Shown here piece by piece: positions 8,782 through 17,045 of a stretch of DNA of 19,290 bases. The position numbers and the translations under genes were made by a program. The stretch's first letter is position 1; each line of letters begins with the position of its first letter. The stretch is from Polyangiales bacterium (lineage in GTDB: Bacteria > Myxococcota_A > Polyangia > Polyangiales > Houyiibacteriaceae), in contig JBGCFM010000087.1 of NCBI GenBank assembly GCA_045106895.1, positions 1 to 19,290 on the forward strand, read 5' to 3'. The notes under the pieces are model-generated. The model searched no databases. It worked only from the letters and a program-made list of their open reading frames with translations, and was not told the origin of the DNA.

Positions 8782-9975
8782 TCAAGGAGTGATGCGCGCC
8801 GGGTCCTCGATGTCCGTGGCGGTGCAGCCCTCCGGCGCCGTGACGGGGTTGCAGAGCGAGGGCGAACCACCGGGGAACTGCACAAAGTATGTCAGACTTG
8901 GAATCGGCGCCGGCAGATCCGTGCTGATCATGTGCGCGCCAGATGCCAGCGCCGTGGCGACGCTCTCCATCAAGACCGCCTCGTCACCTGCCACGACCTG
9001 CTCGTTGTCCGCCGCGCGGGTGCGCACGATGTATCCAGCTTCGACGGCTTCGCGCACGCCGTTGTTCGGGTTGTTCATCACGCGAACGGCGGTCCATGGG
9101 TCGTCCTCGTTTCCATCCGCAAACGCGGCGCGGTCGTCGAGATTGCCATAACGAATGCAGTCACTTCGTGCGCAGTTCAGGAAGAACGCCGTGCGTCCGC
9201 GTGTCTCGCCGAGGGTCGGCCAGCCAGTGGTCGTGACGGCGCCTTGGAGCGTCTCCGCATCGCCTTGAACGAAGCCCGGAGTGATGAGCAAGTCTTCGCC
9301 AAACACCTGTCGAATCTCGCGGTCCAGGGCATCGTACTGAGCGATTCCGGCGTCGCCGTCGGGGATGCGCGTCTTTGGCTCGACCTGGACGAAGATGGGG
9401 TGGTGACCCGGGTGTGCGTCGGACCAAGTGCGAATCACGGACATACACTCCTGAAAGGTCTCGCAGGAGCTGTCTGGGTCGGCGAGGGCGATGTGCAGCA
9501 CGTTCCAGCGACCGCGGGTGACGTCGTAGTGAACGTCGATCTCAAACTTCCGGACGCCTTGCTCTTCGAGCTGCACGTCGAGGGGATCAAACTCGTAGTC
9601 GAAGGCCGCGGGGATCTCACCCTCGCCGAACACGCTCCGCGGTCGCTGGTGATAGCTGTTGTGCGTGCCTTCCATCTGCAAGTGGTTCAGACGGAGCACG
9701 TCGTCCATCGGATGCGAAACGTCGCCCTCGAGGCGCGTGAAGCCCCCGTCGAAGGCGGCGTCGTTGCCAGCGTCGAAGATGTCGCCTGCATCAAAGACGT
9801 CCGCCGCCGCGTCGTCGTCCGCGTCCGCACCCACGTCATCCGCACCTACACCCACGTCATCTGCACCCACACCCGCATCGACGGCGACGTCATCATCCCC
9901 ACAGCCCATTCCTCCCGCGAGGGCAAGCAGAGTGAAAAGCGAGAACTTGATGCTCATCGCGGCTGTCTTTTTCAT
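8782..9975 (-). CDS. Ca2+-dependent phosphoinositide-specific phospholipase C-like lipoprotein (PLC-like phosphodiesterase)
   Basis: Motifs LRLNHLQ..GTHNSYH, QLEEQGVRKFEIDVH, WSDAHPGHHPIFVQVEPK, WPTLGETRGR, GYIVRTRA and SGAHMISTD. Lipobox GMGC-GDD. Start is ATG 9975 or 9957. Confidence 0.87.
   Translation of the reverse strand: MKKTAAMSIKFSLFTLLALAGGMGCGDDDVAVDAGVGADDVGVGADDVGADADDDAAADVFDAGDIFDAGNDAAFDGGFTRLEGDVSHPMDDVLRLNHLQMEGTHNSYHQRPRSVFGEGEIPAAFDYEFDPLDVQLEEQGVRKFEIDVHYDVTRGRWNVLHIALADPDSSCETFQECMSVIRTWSDAHPGHHPIFVQVEPKTRIPDGDAGIAQYDALDREIRQVFGEDLLITPGFVQGDAETLQGAVTTTGWPTLGETRGRTAFFLNCARSDCIRYGNLDDRAAFADGNEDDPWTAVRVMNNPNNGVREAVEAGYIVRTRAADNEQVVAGDEAVLMESVATALASGAHMISTDLPAPIPSLTYFVQFPGGSPSLCNPVTAPEGCTATDIEDPARITP
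9750..9885 (-). repeat. Coding imperfect tandem repeats in the acidic lipoprotein linker
   Basis: About 21-nt units (cgcacccacgtcatccgcacctacacccacgtcatctgcacccacaccc) encode VGVGADD, followed by FDAG-type units. Confidence 0.7.
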
Positions 9976-10017
9976 TTCTTCTTGCAAGAGGGGCCCCCTC
10001 CCGCATTCTCTATGCGA

Positions 10018-10809
10018 ATGAGTGCCGAAACAATCCTCGAAACGAGACAAGGCGCCGTTCTGACGCTGACGTTGAACCGTCCCCAAGCGCGAAACGCCAT
10101 GAGCCTCGCGATGATCGAAGAGCTGGAAAGTGCTCTCAAGGCCGCTCAAGAAGACGAGAGCGTTCGCGTCTTGGTGCTTCGCGGAGCAGGCGGTCATTTC
10201 TGCGCCGGGGGCGATATCAAAGACATGGGGAAGGCACGCCACGCCACGCTGGACGGCCCCAAGGACCCGGTGGCGACGCTGAACGCGCGCTTTGGTTACC
10301 TCGCCCTCGCTTTTGCCCGGACTCCGCTTCCTGTCATCGCCGTGGTGGAAGGCGCCGTCATGGGGGGAGGGTTTGGCCTCGCGTGCACCGCGGACCTAAC
10401 CATCGCGCTGCAGAGCGCCGACTTTCGTTTGCCAGAGACCTCTCTCGGTGTGCTGCCTGCGCAGATCGCGCCCTTCTTGGTCGAGCGCCTTGGCTACTCC
10501 GAAGCCAAGCGCCTCGCCCTTAGCGGCGCGCGCATCAACGCCGAAGCAGCCCTTGCCGTCGGGCTCGTCCACGAGGTCTGCAGCGACAGTGAGATCGAAG
10601 AAGCGCTTCAGAAGCACCTGGATGCGTTCTTGCGATGCGCGCCGGGTGCGACGGCGGCGACGAAGAAGCTCCTCGTCGAGCGCTACGCGTCGGTGAACGA
10701 AGAAACCATCGAAGCTGCTTCGCGGGCCTTTGCCAAAGCCGTGCGAAGCGACGAAGCCGTCGAAGGAATGACGGCCTTTATTCAAAAACGAGCCCCCAAG
10801 TGGAACTAA
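10018..10809 (+). CDS. atuE: Enoyl-CoA hydratase/isomerase, isohexenylglutaconyl-CoA hydratase (AtuE)-like
   Basis: TLNRPQARNAMSLAM, LRGAGGHFCAGGDIKDM, GGGFGLAC, LPETSLGVLPAQIAPF, RCAPGATAATKKLL and AFIQKRAPKW closely match Pseudomonas AtuE as I recall it. The crotonase family is certain; orthology is less so. Confidence 0.8.
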   Translation: MSAETILETRQGAVLTLTLNRPQARNAMSLAMIEELESALKAAQEDESVRVLVLRGAGGHFCAGGDIKDMGKARHATLDGPKDPVATLNARFGYLALAFARTPLPVIAVVEGAVMGGGFGLACTADLTIALQSADFRLPETSLGVLPAQIAPFLVERLGYSEAKRLALSGARINAEAALAVGLVHEVCSDSEIEEALQKHLDAFLRCAPGATAATKKLLVERYASVNEETIEAASRAFAKAVRSDEAVEGMTAFIQKRAPKWN

Positions 10810-10825
10810 CAATGTGGAGTCGGTC

Positions 10826-11689
10826 ATGAGCGAAAAAGCGATCCTTACCTGCGCGCTCAACGGCGTCCTCACCAACCCCAAGACACACCCCGTGCCTGTG
10901 ACGCCGGAGCAGATGGCGGAAAGCGCGAAGGAGGCCTTCGATGCCGGCGCCTCCATCATGCACATCCATTTCCGCCGCCAAGAAGACGGCCAAGGGCATT
11001 TCCCCTCCTGGGACCCGGACGTCGCCGGCGCCTGCAGCGACGCCATCCGCGCCGCGTGCCCCGGCGTCATCATCAACCAGACGACCGGCGTCGTGGGCCG
11101 AAACGTCGACGCGCCCATCGCGTGCATGGACCGCATCAAGCCAGAGATCGCCGCGTGCAACGCCGGCAGTCTCAACTACCTCAAGCTCCGCAGCAATGGC
11201 GAGTGGGCGTGGCCGCCGATGCTCTTCGACAACAACGTCGACAAGGTGAGCGACATGCTCGAGGCCATGAAGCGCAACGGCGCGCTCCCCGAGTTCGAGT
11301 GCTTTGACGTCGGTATCGTCCGTAGCGTCGAGCTCTACCTGCGAAACGGTATGAGCGAGACGGCGCAGTACAACTTCGTCATGGGCGTCGCCTCCGGCAT
11401 GCCCGTCGACGCAAAGCTCTTGGAGCTGCTGGTGGGCTACCGCCGCGAAGGCTCGCCTTGGCAGTGCACGCTCATTGGCCGCCAGGAGATCTGGGCGGTC
11501 CATCAACGAACGGCGGAGCTCGGCGGCATGTTGCGCACCGGCGTCGAGGATACCTTCTACTTGCCCAGCGGCGAGCGCACGACCGGCAACGGTCAGCTCA
11601 TCGAAGCATTGGCGAAGTGCGCGGAGAACGCCGGCCGCAGCGTGGCGTCGCCGGCGGAAGCGCGGCAGATCTTGGGTCTCTCGGCCTAG
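10826..11689 (+). CDS. Beta-keto acid cleavage enzyme (BKACE/DUF849, Kce family)
   Basis: ILTCALNG, PVPVTPEQMA..A..AFDAGAS, Zn-binding HIH, PEFECFDVG, RTGVEDTFYL and ASPAEARQILGL. GGAG RBS before ATG 10826. Confidence 0.92.
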   Translation: MSEKAILTCALNGVLTNPKTHPVPVTPEQMAESAKEAFDAGASIMHIHFRRQEDGQGHFPSWDPDVAGACSDAIRAACPGVIINQTTGVVGRNVDAPIACMDRIKPEIAACNAGSLNYLKLRSNGEWAWPPMLFDNNVDKVSDMLEAMKRNGALPEFECFDVGIVRSVELYLRNGMSETAQYNFVMGVASGMPVDAKLLELLVGYRREGSPWQCTLIGRQEIWAVHQRTAELGGMLRTGVEDTFYLPSGERTTGNGQLIEALAKCAENAGRSVASPAEARQILGLSA

Positions 11690-11718
11690 GACGCAAGTTC
11701 GTGGCCCGAAGAGATGAC

Positions 11719-12230
11719 ATGGATGCGGAATCCCTAAGGAAGAACGCAATTCGAGGTGTCGCCGAAGAGGTGGTGCAGCTTGGTCCAGGTGCGCCAACTC
11801 AGTACTTGGGGTTGATGAGCCGCTACGCAGACCATGCGTCGTTTGTGCAGAGGTTCCGTGGGGTTGCAGGATGAGAGTGACCTGGGCTGTGCTTTGGCTG
11901 CCGCTGCTCACTTAGACGATGGACTCGCGGAACTGCTTAGACTGCACCTCGTCGACAACAAGAAACTCCACGAACGTGCGTTCAGATTTGGTGGTCCGCT
12001 GGGCGGGTTCAGCAACCGTATCCTCATGTGCCAATGTCTGCGGCTCATCCCACCTGAAGCAGCGAGAGAACTCGATCTGATCCGGAAGATCCGAAACGAC
12101 TTTGCTCACGGCGACTTCGAGCTCTCTTTCGAGTTCAGAAGTCGCCGACCGAGTAAGAGAGTTGAAATACGGAAACTCTCCTATGCGATCCAAGGTCGCA
12201 CGAACTCCGCGCCGTGAATTCACCATTCAC
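11719..12230 (+). pseudogene. Frameshifted and truncated MtlR (MltR)-like HEPN-fold gene remnant
   Basis: Three successive frames join as MDAESLRK...FVQRFR / GLQDESDLGCALAAAAHLD...GPLGGFSNRI...IRKIRNDFAHGDFELSFE / SSEVADRVRELKY...TPRREF. The shifts lie near 11860-11863 and about 12131. The right end is approximate. Confidence 0.7.
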
Positions 12231-12575
12231 GTTCGTTCCGAGGACCAGCGACAGCAGGTCGACGTGGTTCTTCCCGAGCGGATGTTCGGTGCGCTACTCG
12301 AGCTTCTTCGGCATACGGCCGAGGGCAACGCTGTGACGCTCGTACCCGTACACGCCGAGCTAAACTCGCAACAGGCTGCTGATCTTCTGAACGTCTCACG
12401 CCCTCATCTGATCAAGCTGCTTGAGAGTGGTGAGCTGCCGTTTCATCGCACGGGTCGGCATCGTCGAGTGTTCGCCAAGGACCTCTTTGCATACCGAGAC
12501 CAGCGTCGAGCGGAGAGCGAAGAGGCGTTCCAAGAGCTAGCAGATCTCTCGCAGGAACACGGGCTCGGATACTAA
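12183..12575 (+). CDS. Excisionase-like HTH_17 protein, VapB50-type antitoxin
   Basis: GNAVTLVPVHAELNSQQAADLLNVSRPHLIKLLESGELPFHRTGRHRRV...QELADLSQEHGLGY, directly upstream of a PIN gene. The start is uncertain. Confidence 0.85.
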   Translation: MRSKVARTPRREFTIHVRSEDQRQQVDVVLPERMFGALLELLRHTAEGNAVTLVPVHAELNSQQAADLLNVSRPHLIKLLESGELPFHRTGRHRRVFAKDLFAYRDQRRAESEEAFQELADLSQEHGLGY

Positions 12576-12596
12576 GCAGTCGCTCGCTTTCACGTT

Positions 12597-13136
12597 GTGT
12601 ACGACACATGCGTACTGGTGCCTGCGCCACTCCGGGACTTTGTACTTCGAGCTGCTGAAGCCGGACTCGTACGCGCGTCGATGAGCGACGAAATATTGGA
12701 TGAACTCCAACGGGTACTGGTACGCGATCTCGATGTACCGGATGCAGCCGCGAAGCGGTTGAGAGGAGCAGTTGAGCGGAGTTTCCCCGACAGCATTGTT
12801 AAGCGCTCGCGTTACGCGGACCTGTTGGGAACGAATAGGCTTCCTGACAAGGATGACGAACACGTGATGGCAGCCGCACGGACGGTTGGAGCCCAAGTGA
12901 TCGTGACGTCGAACCTGAAGGACTTCCCAACTGCTTTAGCCAACGTGTACGACATTGAGGTTTTGCATCCAGACGACTTTGCTTTGGACCTGATCGATCT
13001 CTTTCCGCTGAAGGTCGCTCGCATCATCGAGGAGCAGGCTTCCACCCTTCGCAATTCGCCGAGGACCTACGAGGAAGTGCTTGAGTTTCTGAGTCGCTCG
13101 ATTCCGGAAAGCGTCGCACGCCTCCGAGAACTCTAG
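12597..13136 (+). CDS. PIN-domain toxin, VapC50-like
   Basis: (VV)YDTCVLVPAPLRD, SDEILDE, LPDKDDEHVMAAA, VIVTSNLKDFP and HPDDF: the acidic PIN active-site residues are present. Homology appears to extend upstream to about 12579. Confidence 0.9.
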   Translation: MYDTCVLVPAPLRDFVLRAAEAGLVRASMSDEILDELQRVLVRDLDVPDAAAKRLRGAVERSFPDSIVKRSRYADLLGTNRLPDKDDEHVMAAARTVGAQVIVTSNLKDFPTALANVYDIEVLHPDDFALDLIDLFPLKVARIIEEQASTLRNSPRTYEEVLEFLSRSIPESVARLREL

Positions 13137-13237
13137 CCGCAAACGTGGACTACGAACCGCTGGCCGTGACGCAGCACCTTGCGATGAACAAACCCAGGCC
13201 CTATACCGCGGCGTCTTTTTGAAAAGTGGGTGTGGGG

Positions 13238-14905
13238 ATGAGTGGTTCAAAGTTTCTTCTGGGTCTAAGCCTTTGCGTCGGCCTCATAGGCTGCGGTGAC
13301 GACAGCACTCTTCCCATCGGCGATTCCGGCCCACAGGCCGACACCTCGGCGACGAGCGACACGGGACCGGGCACGCCCGACGCCGGTTCAAGTGACGACG
13401 CGGGTCCTACGCCCGATACATCCACACCCGACGCCGGCGCGGGCGCGGCTTTGCCAGGAAGCGCGTGCGACTGCGACACCGAGTGCGAAGGAAGCGCCAC
13501 AAACCCAGGCATCTGCGTGCAGGGAATCTGCATGACGTCTGCGACGGGCGCGTGCGCCGCCGCCGGATCGAGCGACGAGTGTCCCGATCACTCACGCTGC
13601 TGGAACTTCCAGGACTCCCCCATCTGCTGGCCCGACAGCGACCACTTCGACTGCGCCGGCGACACCGACAGCGACGGGTCCTGTGCCCCCAACGCCAGCA
13701 ACTCCTGCGATGAGAGCTGCTCGGAGTTCTGCGGCGACGGCGGCGACGACTGTCCGCCGAACTCAAGCATGAGCGGCGATGGCTGCGCCTGCGATGAGGG
13801 CTTCGTGGTTAACGAAGAGCGCACGGCCTGCGTGCGCGAATGCATGATGCCGAGCGACTGCGGTGACGGCCTGACCTGCATCGACAATATGTGCGTGACG
13901 CCTCCTTGCACGCCCGGCTCCTGCGGTGACAGCGCGATGTGTGACACCGGCAGCGGCGTGTGCATCATCGACATCGGCACCCCGCCTCCAGGTCCGGTTC
14001 CCACCTGCTCCGCAGGCGTAGGCATGGTCCCGGACTGGGAATGCACCAGCGGCTGCGGTGACGTCGTCCCCTTCGACCCCGACATGGGCCCGGGCTACTG
14101 GGACTACGCCCTCAACGGCGAGACCAATGGGGACCAGTACCGCAGCTACGTTCGTCGCGACGTCATGATGTTGGTCAAGTACGCGACGGCCATGGTCGCT
14201 TGCCAGACCGGCGCTTGGGACTTCGGAAACGGCGACGCGCCCCTCGGTCTTGGCGACATGAGCGAAGCGGACGGCTCCATTCCAGGTACGCGTGAAGGTT
14301 CCCCAGGGCACCCTCCAGGCACGCACGTCAATGGCCACGACATGGACATCGGCTACTACCAAACGGGGACGCCAAACAATGTCCTTCGCGCGATCTGTGA
14401 GCACAGAACGGGTGGCGCAGACCAGTACCACTGCACTGGGCCCACGACCTTGCTCGACCCTTGGCGAACGGCGCTTTTCCTCGGCCACCTCCACATCAAC
14501 AGCAACCTGCGCGTCATCGGTGTCGATGGCCGCGCGGGCGGACCCATTCTCTCCGCGACGACCCAGCTCTGCTCCGGCGGCTGGCTTGAGACGAGCGCAT
14601 GTAGCTCCGCGAAGATCACCTTCGAAGAGACGGATGGTGGGGCCGGTTGGTACCGATTCCATCACCATCACCTTCATATCAGCGTGAGCGCACCACGAGC
14701 TCGTTCGGCGTCGTTTTCGCTTCCTCACCGGCCACTCGACTATCCACCTGGACTGGCGACGACAGACGTCCCTCGTGAATTTCAAGGATCTTTGTCGGAT
14801 TTCTGGCGCAGCGTGAGACGGCATGGTGCGTGCAACCACCAGCACATTGATCTCACAGAGAGTGTGGCTGGCACACGCCAGCTTGGCGGGGGCAAAGAGA
14901 ACTGA
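13238..14905 (+). CDS. Cys-rich lipoprotein with a C-terminal MepA/LAS-like zinc metallopeptidase domain
   Basis: Lipobox LIGC-GDD, DAG linker and many EGF-like Cys modules (e.g. CACDEGFVVNEERTACV). The peptidase motifs are LGDMS...GHPPGTHVNGHDMDIGYY (H-x6-D) and HHHHLHIS (HxH). Confidence 0.78.
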   Translation: MSGSKFLLGLSLCVGLIGCGDDSTLPIGDSGPQADTSATSDTGPGTPDAGSSDDAGPTPDTSTPDAGAGAALPGSACDCDTECEGSATNPGICVQGICMTSATGACAAAGSSDECPDHSRCWNFQDSPICWPDSDHFDCAGDTDSDGSCAPNASNSCDESCSEFCGDGGDDCPPNSSMSGDGCACDEGFVVNEERTACVRECMMPSDCGDGLTCIDNMCVTPPCTPGSCGDSAMCDTGSGVCIIDIGTPPPGPVPTCSAGVGMVPDWECTSGCGDVVPFDPDMGPGYWDYALNGETNGDQYRSYVRRDVMMLVKYATAMVACQTGAWDFGNGDAPLGLGDMSEADGSIPGTREGSPGHPPGTHVNGHDMDIGYYQTGTPNNVLRAICEHRTGGADQYHCTGPTTLLDPWRTALFLGHLHINSNLRVIGVDGRAGGPILSATTQLCSGGWLETSACSSAKITFEETDGGAGWYRFHHHHLHISVSAPRARSASFSLPHRPLDYPPGLATTDVPREFQGSLSDFWRSVRRHGACNHQHIDLTESVAGTRQLGGGKEN

Positions 14906-16950
14906 TGACTATGCATAAACGATTTACAACTCTGGCGTTGGTTGCGGCGCTCGGCGGCGCCGGCTGCGGCACAGAGCCACCGGCCATCGTCGACAATGGC
15001 ATCAAAGGCATCCAGGGCGACGACGGCAAGACCGACCGCTGGGACCGCCGTGGTGACCCCGCACGCTTCCGCGGACAGTTCAACTACCACCTTGAAGATC
15101 TGCCTCTTGAAGGCTCGACGGAGGCGGACCTCTGGCCTTCCACGTACTGGCCGACGTACGCGGACTCCATCAACCATCGCTGGCATCGCGAGAACGGCGA
15201 ACTTGAGCTGAGCCCCGCCGAGAAGTACGACATGGCCTTCAACGGCTGGACTCCTCCGGAAGGCTTCCGAGACCTTCGCCCATTCGACCGTGAGAGCCCC
15301 ATTCCGAGCACGGATGGAACCGACGGTGATTGGGATCCTGAATACTACGAGAACCTTGGACCCCTCGCTTCCCTCGTCTCCGGACAGATGGGCAACGGCG
15401 CTGACCGCCAGGCAGCCATGCGCGCAAACGGTGAGCCGGAGCCTGATGACGATGGCGAAATCTGGCCCGTCGAGACCTGGTTTGGCCTTTGCCACGCTTG
15501 GGTTCCCGCTGCGGTTCTTGAGCTTCGCCCCGAGCGCACCGTCACCTACAACGGCGTGGACTTCCACGTCGGCGACATCGAGGCGTTGCTCATCGCTGCC
15601 TACAACCGCGCTCCTGCCGACATGATCGGTGGACGCTGCAACCAAATGGGCGACGGCGAAGACTTCGAGCGCGACGAGTACGGCCGCGCCGTAGACGTGC
15701 AGTGCCGCGACACCAACCCCGGCGCACTTCACGTCATTCTGACGAATCGCCTCGGCATCGAGGGCGAAGGCTTCGCCATGGACCGCACCTGGGACTACCA
15801 GGTTTGGAACCAGCCTATCTCCGGCTACGAGGTCACCAAGCAGGAAGAGATCACCGTCGAGCGCGCCAACGAGCTGTTGATGGTCGACGGCAGCGACTAC
15901 ATCTTCAACGACGACGCCGACAAGCTCTACGAAGTGAACGTGGCCGTTCGCTGGATCACCGAGTCCCACGCCAGCGTCACCCCAAGCAGCACCGAGCAGC
16001 ACACACGCACGGACTACTACCGCTACATCCTCGAGGTGGACGCCGACGGCGAGATCATCGGCGGCGAGTACTACGGCGGCCTCAACACCTACCCCGACTT
16101 CCTCTGGGATCCACGGCCTCTCAGCCGCTCCTCCGTTCGTAACCTCGACCTCGCAGAAATCCGCATGCTTCGCGACATGTCCCGCGAGCCCGCCATGCCT
16201 GTCAGCGCCGGCGCGCACACAGCTACGGGCCCAAGCGTCGACGTTCCCGACAACGACGCCAACGGCGTGACATCCGTTGCGACGATCTCCGGCGCGCAGG
16301 GCGCCATCACCAACGTCAACGTCGCCATCGACATGACGCACACGTACATTGGTGACCTTCTCATCACCCTCACCAAGGGCGACGTCACCCGCACCGTGCA
16401 CAACAACAGCGGCGGCGGAGACGACAACATCAACGATGACTTCACGCTCACCGGCTTCGACAACGTCGACCCGAACGGCGAATGGGTCCTCACGGTGGCA
16501 GACAGCGCTGGTCAAGACGTTGGCACGCTCAACGGCTGGACTCTCAACCTCGTCACCAACGAAGCGGGCGAGCCGATGGATCCTCCGACGCCGGACGCGC
16601 AGCGCTTCTCGGGCAACGGCAGCATCGACATTCCTGACAACAACAGCACGGGCATCACGAGCTCCGCGACGGTTAGCGGAATCACCTCGGGCAAGGTGGC
16701 CATCGAAGTGGACATCACGCACACCTGGCGCGGCGACCTTCAGGTCAGCGTTGCCCATAACGGACGCAGCTGGATGCTTCACAACCAAGAAGGCAGCAGC
16801 GCCGACGACCTCACCGAGACCTACCAGCTCGACGAGACCGGCGACGCCTTCGAAGGCGACCCATCCGGCGAGTGGATCCTCACCGTCAGCGACAACGCTG
16901 GCCAGGACCTTGGCTCTCTCAACGAGTTCACCGTTCTCGTCACACGCTAG
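14905..16950 (+). CDS. Lipoprotein with a GP42/TGase-elicitor-type transglutaminase domain and two proprotein-convertase P-domains
   Basis: Lipobox GAGC. TGase motifs WPSTYWPTYADSINHRW, SPAEKYD, TWFGLCHAW, GGRCN, CRDTNPGALH, VWNQP, YILEVD..GEIIGGE and PDFLW. Two repeats of PDN...V.I..THT..GDL...GEW.LTV.D.AGQD.G.LN. TGATG overlap with the upstream gene. Confidence 0.88.
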   Translation: MTMHKRFTTLALVAALGGAGCGTEPPAIVDNGIKGIQGDDGKTDRWDRRGDPARFRGQFNYHLEDLPLEGSTEADLWPSTYWPTYADSINHRWHRENGELELSPAEKYDMAFNGWTPPEGFRDLRPFDRESPIPSTDGTDGDWDPEYYENLGPLASLVSGQMGNGADRQAAMRANGEPEPDDDGEIWPVETWFGLCHAWVPAAVLELRPERTVTYNGVDFHVGDIEALLIAAYNRAPADMIGGRCNQMGDGEDFERDEYGRAVDVQCRDTNPGALHVILTNRLGIEGEGFAMDRTWDYQVWNQPISGYEVTKQEEITVERANELLMVDGSDYIFNDDADKLYEVNVAVRWITESHASVTPSSTEQHTRTDYYRYILEVDADGEIIGGEYYGGLNTYPDFLWDPRPLSRSSVRNLDLAEIRMLRDMSREPAMPVSAGAHTATGPSVDVPDNDANGVTSVATISGAQGAITNVNVAIDMTHTYIGDLLITLTKGDVTRTVHNNSGGGDDNINDDFTLTGFDNVDPNGEWVLTVADSAGQDVGTLNGWTLNLVTNEAGEPMDPPTPDAQRFSGNGSIDIPDNNSTGITSSATVSGITSGKVAIEVDITHTWRGDLQVSVAHNGRSWMLHNQEGSSADDLTETYQLDETGDAFEGDPSGEWILTVSDNAGQDLGSLNEFTVLVTR

Positions 16951-16967
16951 TCCTTTCGGACACTCGC

Positions 16968-17002
16968 AAAGAAGCGCTCCGCCTCGGCGGGGCGCTTTCT
17001 TT
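16968..17002 (+). terminator. Intrinsic terminator, possibly bidirectional
   Basis: AAAGAAGCGCTCCGCC-TC-GGCGGGGCGCTTTCTTT hairpin with a T-rich tail, 17 nt after the stop codon. Confidence 0.85.
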
Positions 17003-17045
17003 CGTTAAGCGGTGATGGCGTCTGCGCTGGTGTTCAGCTCAAGTA

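Noticed and set aside
8932..10017. 625-aa ORF 8932..10809 as a large fusion protein
   Set aside because: The N-terminal part is the antisense shadow of the PLC gene; crotonase homology begins at about 10018.
12183..12575. Excisionase as evidence of a prophage or ICE
   Set aside because: This HTH_17 subtype directly upstream of a PIN gene is the VapB50-type antitoxin arrangement; no integrase or att repeats were seen.
14782..16788. 668-aa minus-strand ORF, and similar long ORFs at 4634..5770, 5842..6915, 10778..11911 and 13763..14845
   Set aside because: These are antisense shadows of well-supported genes, expected in high-GC DNA, and carry no motifs.
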